The notes beneath the pieces were generated by a model. That model was not told where the DNA came from. It made no database searches and saw only the letters and a list, made by a program, of their open reading frames with translations. This document shows positions 36,105 to 44,496 of a DNA stretch of 44,496 bases, in pieces. A program made the translations under genes and the position numbers. The DNA is from Oligoflexales bacterium (GTDB taxonomy: Bacteria > Bdellovibrionota_B > Oligoflexia > Oligoflexales > Bog-1112), in NCBI GenBank assembly GCA_045106415.1, contig JBGCEP010000031.1:1-44496 (forward strand), given 5' to 3'. How positions within the stretch are numbered: position 1 is the first letter of the stretch; each line of letters begins with the position of its first letter.

Positions 36105-37353
36105 AGTAGCCAGGAAATGTTTTGTCGACAACCGAAGGGTTTTGAATCGAAAAACCAGGTACACGGCAACCAATTAGGCTTAAAGCCATCGCCATGCGGT
36201 GATCGTTGTAGGTCTGAAAAGTACACGGGGTGAATGTTGCGCAGGGTTCAACGATAAGGTCAGATTTTTCCATGTAAGCAGATCCTCCTGCACGGCTAAT
36301 TTCTGTTATCAAGGCATGAAGGCGATCGCATTCTTTATAACGCATGTGTTCAACGTTTCTAAATCGAGAACGAGTAGTAGCAAAGAGTGCGGTGACGGCG
36401 AGTGTAGGGACAATGTCGGTCATGGTGTTCATATCACAATCAACACCTCTTAGGGTGTTGTCATGAGGGGCTTGAACGTAAAGGCCAGAGTCTGTTGCCT
36501 TGACACTTGCGCCCATAGATTTTAGGACCTCAAGTCCTTGTATATCAGGTTGTGCCGATTGAGTTGAAATTCCTGTCGTGTGAATAGAACTTTCGGTAAG
36601 CACGGCGATCGAGAAAAAATATGATGCTGAAGATGCGTCACCTTCGATGTTGTACACTGTTCCAGTATAGCCGGAGTTAGGAACAAGCCATGTCTTGTTG
36701 TTTTTGTTGTTTTCAACGATACAGCCAAATGCTTTCATGACATCACTTGTGAGGCGAATATAGCCCTCAGAAGGAAGTTCTGTCGAACTTTTGAGGTTTA
36801 GAGGTTTTTTTGCGTATGCACCTGCAATCATGAGCGAACTTAAAAACTGTGAACTCAAGGCTGTTTCTATGCTTAAATCCCCTCCTGGAAAGCCTTTGGC
36901 GTAAATCTTTATTGGGAGAGAATATTGAGATAATTCTTCCACTTTTAAACCACTTTTTCTTAAAGTTTGAAGAAGAGGTGCCAAAGGTCGTGACGAGATG
37001 GAGGGGTCTCCAGTGAGAGTGTACACCCCCTGTCCGAGGTGGAGGGCTGTAGCTAAAAACCGGACAACAGTTCCAGAAGCGTGCCCGTATAGAATCTTTT
37101 TGGTTGGTTGGAAAGACCCCTGACACCCCATTATGGAAATTTGAGTCCCTTTTTGTTCAAAGAAGATTCCTATCTGTTGTAGAAGATTGAGCATAGCGAT
37201 CGAATCATCACAGATTAAAGCGTTATGCAGCTTTGAAGTGCCTGTAGCTAAGGCAGCAATAAGAAGAGAGCGATTTGTGAGGCTTTTGGATCCTGGAATA
37301 TTAACGTGTGTATCAATATTATGAAATGTCTGGCATTGAAAAAAATCACTCAT
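36052..37353 (-). CDS. aroA: 3-phosphoshikimate 1-carboxyvinyltransferase (EPSP synthase)
   Basis: PGSKSLTNR, SSQFLS, EGDASSA, RYKECDR, TYNDHRMAM, KTFP. Confidence 0.97.
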   Translation of the reverse strand: MSDFFQCQTFHNIDTHVNIPGSKSLTNRSLLIAALATGTSKLHNALICDDSIAMLNLLQQIGIFFEQKGTQISIMGCQGSFQPTKKILYGHASGTVVRFLATALHLGQGVYTLTGDPSISSRPLAPLLQTLRKSGLKVEELSQYSLPIKIYAKGFPGGDLSIETALSSQFLSSLMIAGAYAKKPLNLKSSTELPSEGYIRLTSDVMKAFGCIVENNKNNKTWLVPNSGYTGTVYNIEGDASSASYFFSIAVLTESSIHTTGISTQSAQPDIQGLEVLKSMGASVKATDSGLYVQAPHDNTLRGVDCDMNTMTDIVPTLAVTALFATTRSRFRNVEHMRYKECDRLHALITEISRAGGSAYMEKSDLIVEPCATFTPCTFQTYNDHRMAMALSLIGCRVPGFSIQNPSVVDKTFPGYFKILNRFHSLYLKQISQ

Positions 37354-37374
37354 AAAATAACACTCATTGATAAT

Positions 37375-37689
37375 TTAAAAAGATTTTAGCGTATATAAGA
37401 GGGTCTCGTAGAATGAAATTAAGTTATCTTGATTGTCTTCTGGTTCAAGGATTTCACTTTTGCGCAGCAAGATATCAGATAAGACTTGTTCACACGCGCT
37501 AAGATTGAAACGATCAATTTCAAGGTCTTCAAAAATTTCCCAAACAGAAACACTATGCGTTGAATAGATGTCTATAATGTCATCAGCAGAGTTGTCGTAA
37601 AGTGATTGGAGGAATTTTTGATGAGGGCAGCTTGCAAAAGAATTGGTGCTGAAAACCATTGATATGAATACAGTATATAATTTTATCAT
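37375..37689 (-). CDS. Small exported hypothetical protein
   Basis: Signal peptide ending SFA; GGGG RBS; stop about 20 nt upstream of the aroA start. Confidence 0.6.
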   Translation of the reverse strand: MIKLYTVFISMVFSTNSFASCPHQKFLQSLYDNSADDIIDIYSTHSVSVWEIFEDLEIDRFNLSACEQVLSDILLRKSEILEPEDNQDNLISFYETLLYTLKSF

Positions 37690-37806
37690 GAAAACCCCGA
37701 GATTTCGTGTGACTGCTCTTACACATTAGAGGTGAAACTTACGATAACAGGGGGTGTCTTGCAATAAAAAACCACCAAATGTGTTGTTGTTAATGCTAAG
37801 TGAAGG

Positions 37807-38645
37807 ATGACCTTTTTGATCCAATATCAAGCAAATCCGTTAAAGATATTTTGATCAATAGCGATCTGGCCTATGGTGTCATTGGACAAACCAATCCATA
37901 GAAGCTGACTTAAAACTTCTTCAAAGTATTGACTGAATTTGGACTTGATATCTAGCTGAAGCAAGAAATAACTCCAAAGTCTAGAAACAATGGATTTTTT
38001 CTTGGAACTAAAACTTTCATATTTATGAAATGAATATCAACTTCTCTTTTTCCTGCGTTTGATCAAGTCTGTCCCTGACGCGTGGCCACTGCCGACTCCT
38101 TTTATTCTTAGACGATTTGTCTTCATCTACGTCTAAAGTTTTGAGTTATGATTGTGAACCGCAGCATAGAGGAAGAAAAAGAATTGATCGTCGGTCATTT
38201 TTTTAGCATTTATTGCGCCAAACTCTTAAGAATATCGATGGTGAATTCTCTTCAGAAAAATTGGCGATTGATAAACTTTTGGAAATAATTTGTAAACTTC
38301 AAGCAGATCAGAAACTCCCTTGTGAGACATCATGCGTTTAGAAATTTTGGTTGAGTCATAGTATAGTAGAAAAAACACAAAAATATTTCATAACAGAACG
38401 GTTGAGAGATGATTTAGCTCATAATGTCAGCCCGGGACGCAACTACGATTGAAGTTAGAGAAAAACCTGCAAAAAATTCTATGAACAAGGATTTCGTCAA
38501 TAACAACTTAATTTCCCTTTTGCAAATCTTGTTGCTTAAAATATTCTTAAATCAGCATTTAATGATGCAGATTTTTATGAGTCATTATTTTGTCTGTGTT
38601 GAAGAAAATTTCATGCTTGTGTTTTTACCGCGTATATGGAATAAA
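37807..38645 (+). pseudogene. Heavily decayed coding remnant(s), family not recognised
   Basis: Protein-like frames broken by multiple stops, e.g. VPDAWPLPTPLFLDDL...RSFF*HLLRQTLKNID...KKFYEQGFRQ*. Confidence 0.4.
38069..38089 (+). repeat. 21-bp direct repeat, copy 2
   Basis: Identical to 35058-35078. Confidence 0.9.
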
Positions 38646-38842
38646 AGATGGAACAAAAATTTTATTTAACACAAAATAAAAATCAAAGCTGATTTATTTT
38701 TATTTCTAAAATTTGTGGTCGCAAGTTTTCAAACATCGTTGTATGATGCAGTCGTCTGTGGTGCTTGCTGCGTTTTTGCGCGTGCTACCTCGTCTTAAAT
38801 TATATTACGCACAGTCTTAATTGAGTGGGGCAAGGGTTAAGA

Positions 38843-40777
38843 ATGAAGTCAGCTTTGTGGTTTATCAGAACCTCTTTATTTATTGGTTTTGGAGTCTATA
38901 GCTCTCTAATAGTTGCAGAGGGTTCTCTTCCTTACAAAAAGAAAAATGCTCGCGCGAATGATGAGGTTTCGAGTCATGTGAGTAAGCAAGTGTCTCATAA
39001 GCGCTACAAGCCTTTTGAAAACTTGCCAGTCTCTTCAGCGGAAAGAAGATTGCCTCAGAGATGGGTCAACTTGGAAAGCCCTGCAGTAAAAGAGCTTGAG
39101 CGCTTAGGCGTTCGTGTTTTTCAGGACTATCTGATTAATGTCGACGGTGTTCGTTTTGATCGCGTGGTTTGGCGCTCAGAGCTCCATAAGCAATTGAGTC
39201 GTGATCTTGAAGATCCTGTGAAAGCTGACAAGATTGAATCTGAATTTTACAGTCAAATTTATCCTGAACTTTTAAAGCAAAGCAATGAAGATGCTCTTAG
39301 TCTTTTTGAAGAGTGGTTGCTTTCACACGCGATCTTTCTTGGTTCTTCGATTCACCGAGCCATGGATCTTTACTCTGCGCATCATATCTCTACGGTTTTA
39401 GATCTTGATTCTGATTTGCTTGACTCGTTTTTTGAAAGCTTAAAAGAAGAGTGGGAACGTGTTGATTGGCCGGAAGATCCTTATGAGAGCGAGAGTCGAC
39501 GTGTGATGTTTTTAACAACTTCCGGTGGAGGGGGGCATTATACAGTTTCGAGTGCGATGTCTAAAGAATTGAAAAAAGATGACTCGTATCACGTTGAATC
39601 TTTGGATTATGCAGCGCTTCAGTTTCGCTGTGACCCTATGTGGCTTGCAACAAAAGTTTATACTGCTGATAAAATTTATAGTGAAATTTTTCAACAACAA
39701 GACGATGTGCAGAAAGCAAATTTGTACTGGGACATCTATGGCGTTTTGGATGAATATGTTCCGAGTGCTTGTAATAGAGCGTTGAAAGAGGAAGTTAAAG
39801 CAGAGCAGCCTCATATATTAATAAGTACGATGCCTCATTGGACTTTGCATACAGATGTTGCTTACTCTTTAGATATTCCTTTACGGTACACAGCGACGGA
39901 TTACCAAATCGCCTCTGGTATTTTTAAAAGTATTTATAGTAGTTTACAAAATGTTCTTGAGGGGGCAAAGCGTTTTGTTGAATTTTGGCTGCCAACAAAT
40001 GATGTTGAAATGTTTACAGATTTAGCGCATCAAGATGTGTATTCTGATGACGCTCATAGTTTTCGTGACGTCGTGAGAAAAGCTGTTTATGGCGGAGGCA
40101 ATCACTTTGAAATTCACTCTCACCCTAAAAATCCATTTTACGTGTTAGGGTATCCTGTTCGGCATAGCTTTGTGCCAAAGAAACTTTCTGAAAAAGAAAT
40201 TTTAAATCTCCGAGAAGAAATGAATGTACCTAAGGAGAGCCGTGTTCTTATTTTGAGCATGGGGCGACAGGGTGTTGGTGTTTTAAGTGAAATTGTTGAC
40301 CGTATCCGTCGAGAGGCTGAAAGCTTAGAAGAGAACCTTCACGTTGTTGTGATTTGTGGAAAAAATATCAAAATTGCTGACGATATTAAAAAAATTCTTG
40401 CAGAGCAAGGCGATCATAAAAGAGTTTCTTTTGATATTCAGGGTTATCTGACAGAGCAGAGTATGGCTAAGTTCTTTTCGATTGCAGAAGGAATGATTTC
40501 TAAGCCTGGTGGTGCGACAACAGCTGAAGCCAGCGCGATGAATCTACCTCTTTTAATTTGCCACTCTCATGCTTGGGAAGAAGCCAACCGTGCATACCTT
40601 GAAAGAAAAGGTTTGTCCTTCCACTTTGATCTTATGAGAGCCTTGGTTCCTCAGGTTAATGTTTTTCTTGGGAGAAACATGAAAAAGAACGCTAAGGTAG
40701 AAGTTGTGCCTTGGGCTACACGCTTGAAAGATGCGCTAGAAGAATTTTTTACAGATGTTCCATTTTTAAAAATTTAA
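38843..40777 (+). CDS. GT28/MGDG-synthase (UgtP)-like glycosyltransferase with signal peptide and about 220-aa N-terminal extension
   Basis: TTSGGGGH, TATDY, GYPVRHSF, VVICGKN, ISKPGGATTAE, WEEAN. Confidence 0.85.
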   Translation: MKSALWFIRTSLFIGFGVYSSLIVAEGSLPYKKKNARANDEVSSHVSKQVSHKRYKPFENLPVSSAERRLPQRWVNLESPAVKELERLGVRVFQDYLINVDGVRFDRVVWRSELHKQLSRDLEDPVKADKIESEFYSQIYPELLKQSNEDALSLFEEWLLSHAIFLGSSIHRAMDLYSAHHISTVLDLDSDLLDSFFESLKEEWERVDWPEDPYESESRRVMFLTTSGGGGHYTVSSAMSKELKKDDSYHVESLDYAALQFRCDPMWLATKVYTADKIYSEIFQQQDDVQKANLYWDIYGVLDEYVPSACNRALKEEVKAEQPHILISTMPHWTLHTDVAYSLDIPLRYTATDYQIASGIFKSIYSSLQNVLEGAKRFVEFWLPTNDVEMFTDLAHQDVYSDDAHSFRDVVRKAVYGGGNHFEIHSHPKNPFYVLGYPVRHSFVPKKLSEKEILNLREEMNVPKESRVLILSMGRQGVGVLSEIVDRIRREAESLEENLHVVVICGKNIKIADDIKKILAEQGDHKRVSFDIQGYLTEQSMAKFFSIAEGMISKPGGATTAEASAMNLPLLICHSHAWEEANRAYLERKGLSFHFDLMRALVPQVNVFLGRNMKKNAKVEVVPWATRLKDALEEFFTDVPFLKI

Positions 40778-40803
40778 GAAGATCAGAATAAATACTGTTT
40801 AGG

Positions 40804-40833
40804 AAACCGAAGTTTTTTAGCTTCGGTTTTTTT
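40804..40833 (+). terminator. Intrinsic terminator
   Basis: AAACCGAAGT / GCTTCGGTTT followed by a T-run. Confidence 0.75.
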
Positions 40834-40852
40834 ATTGATAATAAGGATGTTT

Positions 40853-41245
40853 ATGAAGTTGTTTATTTGTTTTTTAATGAGTGTTTTTTTTCTTATGGAG
40901 AGTCTGGGTGCGCAACCAGGCCAAGATAATCGGCGCGATATTGAGATGTATGAAATGGATTTTAATGGAGTTTATCAAGATTCTTCGATACCGATGCCTC
41001 CAGTGAAAAAGAAATCTTTTTCTTATGGCAGGCCTCGTTATTATGTCGTTGGTGCTTTAGCTGTGACGGGTCTTTCTCTTTTGTCTTTTGGGCATTATCT
41101 TCAGTGCTTTTGTAATGAAGGCATAGCCCATGATTGTGTTGAAAGACGAGTAGGCCTTCCGATGATGATTATTGGAGGAGGCTTTGTTAGTGCTTCTATA
41201 GGGCGTATGAGTGATCTTTTTTCGGATTATTTAGAAGGGTCTTAA
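40853..41245 (+). CDS. Small hypothetical protein, signal peptide plus two TM helices
   Basis: MKLFICFLMSVFFLMESLGA; YYVVGALAVTGLSLLSFG; LPMMIIGGGFVSASI. Confidence 0.6.
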   Translation: MKLFICFLMSVFFLMESLGAQPGQDNRRDIEMYEMDFNGVYQDSSIPMPPVKKKSFSYGRPRYYVVGALAVTGLSLLSFGHYLQCFCNEGIAHDCVERRVGLPMMIIGGGFVSASIGRMSDLFSDYLEGS

Positions 41246-41326
41246 CTTATACTTTTAGGTCTTTTTTAATAATAAGCGCAGGGTTTGGGCTTACTGTTAA
41301 GAAAGGCCATTTTCTCGCTTTCTTGT

Positions 41327-42682
41327 CTATATTGTTTTTAAAAATCGGTGTGACTCTTTTTTGAGGACGGAGCTTAAGAGAATCAGAGCAATAAGGTTTG
41401 GGATTGCCATAAGGCCGTTTGCTATGTCTGCAAGCAACCATGTCACTTCCAAGCCCCATATCGAAGCTGGAATCATCACAAGAATATACGCTACTCTATA
41501 GTGTGGAATCCATTTTTCTCCGGCTAAGTATTCTAAGCATTTTTCACCGTAATAAGCCCACCCAAGGATAGTTGAGTAAGCGAAAAAAATGAGTCCTAAG
41601 GCAACACACGCTGCTCCCCCAGGAAGTCCTGTTTCGAATGCTGCCATAGCGAGGGGGGCTCCGTTTAAAGGTAGACCGGTGGCTTGGTCGATGTTCCCCA
41701 GTACCCCTGATACTCCAATGACAAGAGCAGTAATTGTACAGACAATGATGGTGGCTATAAAGACGCTTGTCATTGAAACCAGGGCTTGGTGCCCAGGCTC
41801 ATCTGTTATGGTTGCTGCAGATGCAATTGAAGAGGTTCCAAGTCCTGCTTCATTTGAAAAGACTCCTCTTGCTATACCTGCTTGTATACCAGCAGAAACA
41901 GTTGACCCAAGAAAACCACCTATGGCTGCTTGGCCGTAAAATGCAGAATGAAAAATAGTGAGAAAAACCTCTGGGATGGCATGAGCCTGAGAGAAGAGAA
42001 CCCAAAGGCCACATAAAATATAGAGAGAGGCCATGACAGGAACGAAAATTTCTGAGATTTTACCAATACTTTTAACTCCTCCCAGCAGGACCCATCCTGT
42101 TGTTAGAGCAAGCAAGATTCCAGTGGTAAGAGGGGGTATGGGCGTGAGGTTGCCGACAGCATCAGCTACGGAATTGACTTGTACCATGTTGCCTGTGCCA
42201 AAAGTTGCTAGAACGCCTAAGAAAGCAAAGCAGGAGCCAAGGATTTTTTGATTGCAGCCGTTTGAAAGAACATACATTGGGCCTCCGCTCATTTCTCCTT
42301 GTTGGTTTTTTTGTCGGTATAAAACAGAAAGGAAAGCCTCAGAGTATTTCAGTGCCATTCCAAAGAGTGCAAATACCCACATCCAAAAAACAGCACCCAT
42401 ACCTCCTGCTGTGATTGCAGTTGCCACTCCTGCAATGTTGCCTGTGCCAATTGCAGCAGCAAGAGAAGTCATAAGAGCTTGGAAGTGTGTGAGTTCACCC
42501 TGTTTCGACGAAGCGTTGCCAGAGGTGAAAGAAAGACGGAAAGAGTGTATAAGGTAGCGAAATTGGAGACCTTTGAGGATCCATGTGAGATAGATACCGA
42601 CCGACGTAAGAAAAATAAGGAGTGGTGCAGACCAAACTAAGTTTCGTAAAATTTGTAGAGTGTCAAGGATCTGTGTGTTCAC
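41327..42682 (-). CDS. Alanine/glycine:cation symporter (AGCS family)
   Basis: IGTGNIAGVATAI..GG.GAVFWMW, SGGPMY, RGVFSNEAGLG, NGLMAIPNL. GTG 42682 after GGAGAG preferred as start. Confidence 0.95.
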   Translation of the reverse strand: MNTQILDTLQILRNLVWSAPLLIFLTSVGIYLTWILKGLQFRYLIHSFRLSFTSGNASSKQGELTHFQALMTSLAAAIGTGNIAGVATAITAGGMGAVFWMWVFALFGMALKYSEAFLSVLYRQKNQQGEMSGGPMYVLSNGCNQKILGSCFAFLGVLATFGTGNMVQVNSVADAVGNLTPIPPLTTGILLALTTGWVLLGGVKSIGKISEIFVPVMASLYILCGLWVLFSQAHAIPEVFLTIFHSAFYGQAAIGGFLGSTVSAGIQAGIARGVFSNEAGLGTSSIASAATITDEPGHQALVSMTSVFIATIIVCTITALVIGVSGVLGNIDQATGLPLNGAPLAMAAFETGLPGGAACVALGLIFFAYSTILGWAYYGEKCLEYLAGEKWIPHYRVAYILVMIPASIWGLEVTWLLADIANGLMAIPNLIALILLSSVLKKESHRFLKTI

Positions 42683-42977
42683 AAACTCTCCTGGTTCGAA
42701 AGGCTGTGCAAAAAGTAGCAACGAGTCAAATTACCGGAGTTCTTGTTTGTGCACAAGAAAGAAACCTGCGGGGTATTTTTCTTATTCAGGTCTCTCTTTT
42801 TTATTTTATGAGTGGATTCAAGGTGTTTTGATTTTATAGGTTGAAATGCAGAGCGATGAGATGAAAAATTTTTTATAAACCACAGATGAAATGTGTATTT
42901 TTTAGGCTAGGTTTTTTGAATTTTTATGAGATGTAATACGTACAACGTGATGATCGCATAGCGATGCATTTTTGTGG

Positions 42978-43170
42978 CTAGAGGTCGATAATTGGGAGAT
43001 TATCCCCCATTTCAGAGCTTTTATCTCCAAGGTTTATATTGTCACCGTGTCCTAGTTGTCCATCGCTTCCGTCGCCCCAGCACTTAATTTGATTGGTATC
43101 AAGCTTTGCACAAACATAGGCCTCACCAACAGAAATTTTAACTGCTGTGCGTTGTTGTCCTAAATGAACA
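42978..43170 (-). pseudogene. C-terminal fragment of an RCC1-repeat protein truncated by IS insertion
   Basis: ISVGEAYVCAKLDTNQIKCWGDGSDGQLG...EMGDNLPIIDL; the frame runs into the IS3 end at 43171. Confidence 0.8.
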
Positions 43171-43394
43171 TGACCCCCTTTTGGCCTTGACACCTCCAAT
43201 AACTAGGAGGGGTCAAAATGGGCTCAGATAAGACAAGAATAAAGAGAAGATATTTCTCAACTCGTCAAAAACAAGAAATTTTAGAAGAACTGGAATCTGG
43301 TCTTCTGACTCACTCTGATCTAGTAAGAAAACATGGTATACATCCTCTGAAACGATTCACCCTATTGAAGAATCCTCATCTCCTCAATTATTGA
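43171..43394 (+). mobile_element. IS3-family left end with truncated orfA
   Basis: TG-initiated end TGACCCCC...TTGACACC; GGAGG RBS in a hairpin; ATG 43218 MGSDKTRIKRRYFSTRQKQEILEELESG...LVRKHGIHP (HTH_Tnp_1-like), not in the ORF track. Confidence 0.7.
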
Positions 43395-43407
43395 GAATAC
43401 TATCAAC

Positions 43408-44496
43408 GAGGTATGTCTAAATGTTGTGGATTAGCTTCATGCCAACCTACCTCGCACTTCCTCTATATCTAACAACAGACCATCTTTGTAACGATCTCCT
43501 TTCAGTAGCCCTGCAATTTCTTTGCATCCCTTTAGTTTTCTCCATCTTTCTTCTGCTTCTACAAGCAATTTAAATGCCATTGTTTCTGCTATTTCAGGGC
43601 TACCCGCACCTTTAGTGGTTCTTGTTCTCAATTTTACAGTTGAGAAAGTTGATTCTATTGGGTTCGTTGTCCTTAGATATTGCCAGTGAATTGCAGGAAA
43701 ATCGAAAAATGCAGTTAACTCATGCCAATTTTTTTCTAGACATGTGATTGCCTTTGGATATTTCTTTCCAAGATATTTTTTAAATCTTGCAAGCTCAATG
43801 TCTGCGTCGGTTTTACGCTCTGCTTGCATCATATTGTGTAATCTTTTCTTTACAGCAGGTTGCAATCTTGTGTACCCAGCACCTTAGTTCACGCGTATTT
43901 TCAAACTCAGAGGTTTGTATTACAGTCTTCCGCAATTCAAGCCCACCATCTCCAATAATTGCTATCGGAGGCTTCAGGCCCCGTCTGAAAAGGTCTTTGA
44001 AGATCAGGTCCCAACAATCCGCGGATTGCCTATAACCTGACTCTACAGCTATGAGTTTCTTTTCCCCATGTTGGTTGACCCCAATTAAAACCAGCAAACA
44101 AAGTCGTTTGTCTTCTCCTAATCGAATCTTCACGTTGACGCCATCTGCCCAAATATAGACAAACTCATCTTCAATAATTCGATGACCCCACTCCTCTTGT
44201 TCAGCTCTACAGGTTTTCTTGAGGGTTGAGATCGAGCTGGATGATAGACCACCAGCACCATCCCCAAGAAGGCCAGAAAGAGCATCATGAACATCGTTCC
44301 CAGACAACCCTTTAAGGTAGAGAATCGGCAAAATTGATTCGACATTCTTGGACTTCCGAAGGTAAGGAGGGAGTATATGAGAGATGAATTGACTGTCATG
44401 TCTTTTGTCATTTACTCGAGGTGCTTGTACTTCAAGAGTCCCTGTACCAGTTGTAATTTTACGGGGTTTTCCTTTTCCTTTTCCTTTTCCTTTTCC
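43408..44496 (-). mobile_element. IS256-family element, frameshifted transposase, running off the window
   Basis: LYLKGLS, YIWADG, IGDGG, RCWVHK, FFDFP..HW..LRTTNPIES split over three frames; end GAGGTATGTCTAAATGTTGTG at 43408. Confidence 0.92.

Noticed and set aside
15109..42557. Numerous short antisense or overlapping ORFs in the ORF track (e.g. 15109, 20909, 25320, 32028, 41589)
   Set aside because: They are shadow frames of well-supported genes and carry no motifs of their own.
44467..44496. (TTTTCC)n run at the window end
   Set aside because: It lies inside the IS256 coding region at the sequence terminus; most likely a contig-end or slippage artefact, not a telomere or array.
1..44496. 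CRISPR arrays, tRNA and rRNA genes
   Set aside because: No regularly spaced repeats and no recognisable structural RNA genes were seen by eye.

Overview
AT-rich bacterial chromosome segment; the gene content and style suggest a Bdellovibrionota/Oligoflexia-like organism (inference only). Housekeeping genes are blc, rarA, dbpA, nhaA, mutL-miaA, aroA, an M28 aminopeptidase, an AGCS symporter and a Wzx-like flippase. They are interleaved with many orphan exported proteins and lipoproteins, and with decayed insertion sequences (IS630 next to an IS66 left end, a second IS66 remnant, IS607 tnpA/tnpB, and IS3 plus IS256 beside a truncated RCC1 gene). The best candidate for an undescribed system is 19.9-27.1 kb. 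It holds a GspK/PilX-like Cys-rich pilin with a hydrophobic Gly-rich hairpin behind a sigma54-type promoter, an exported permuted-papain-like enzyme, and a lipoprotein protein kinase. It also holds a translationally coupled three-lipoprotein operon: a PLAT-like subunit plus two paralogues built as Cys-rich domain, coiled coil and Gly-rich hydrophobic hairpin, reminiscent of multi-component alpha-pore-forming toxins. A distant third paralogue lies at 4.3-5.6 kb. Several of these genes share sigma28(FliA)-like promoters. All family calls come from motif recognition by eye, not database searches. Some frameshifts may be sequencing errors.
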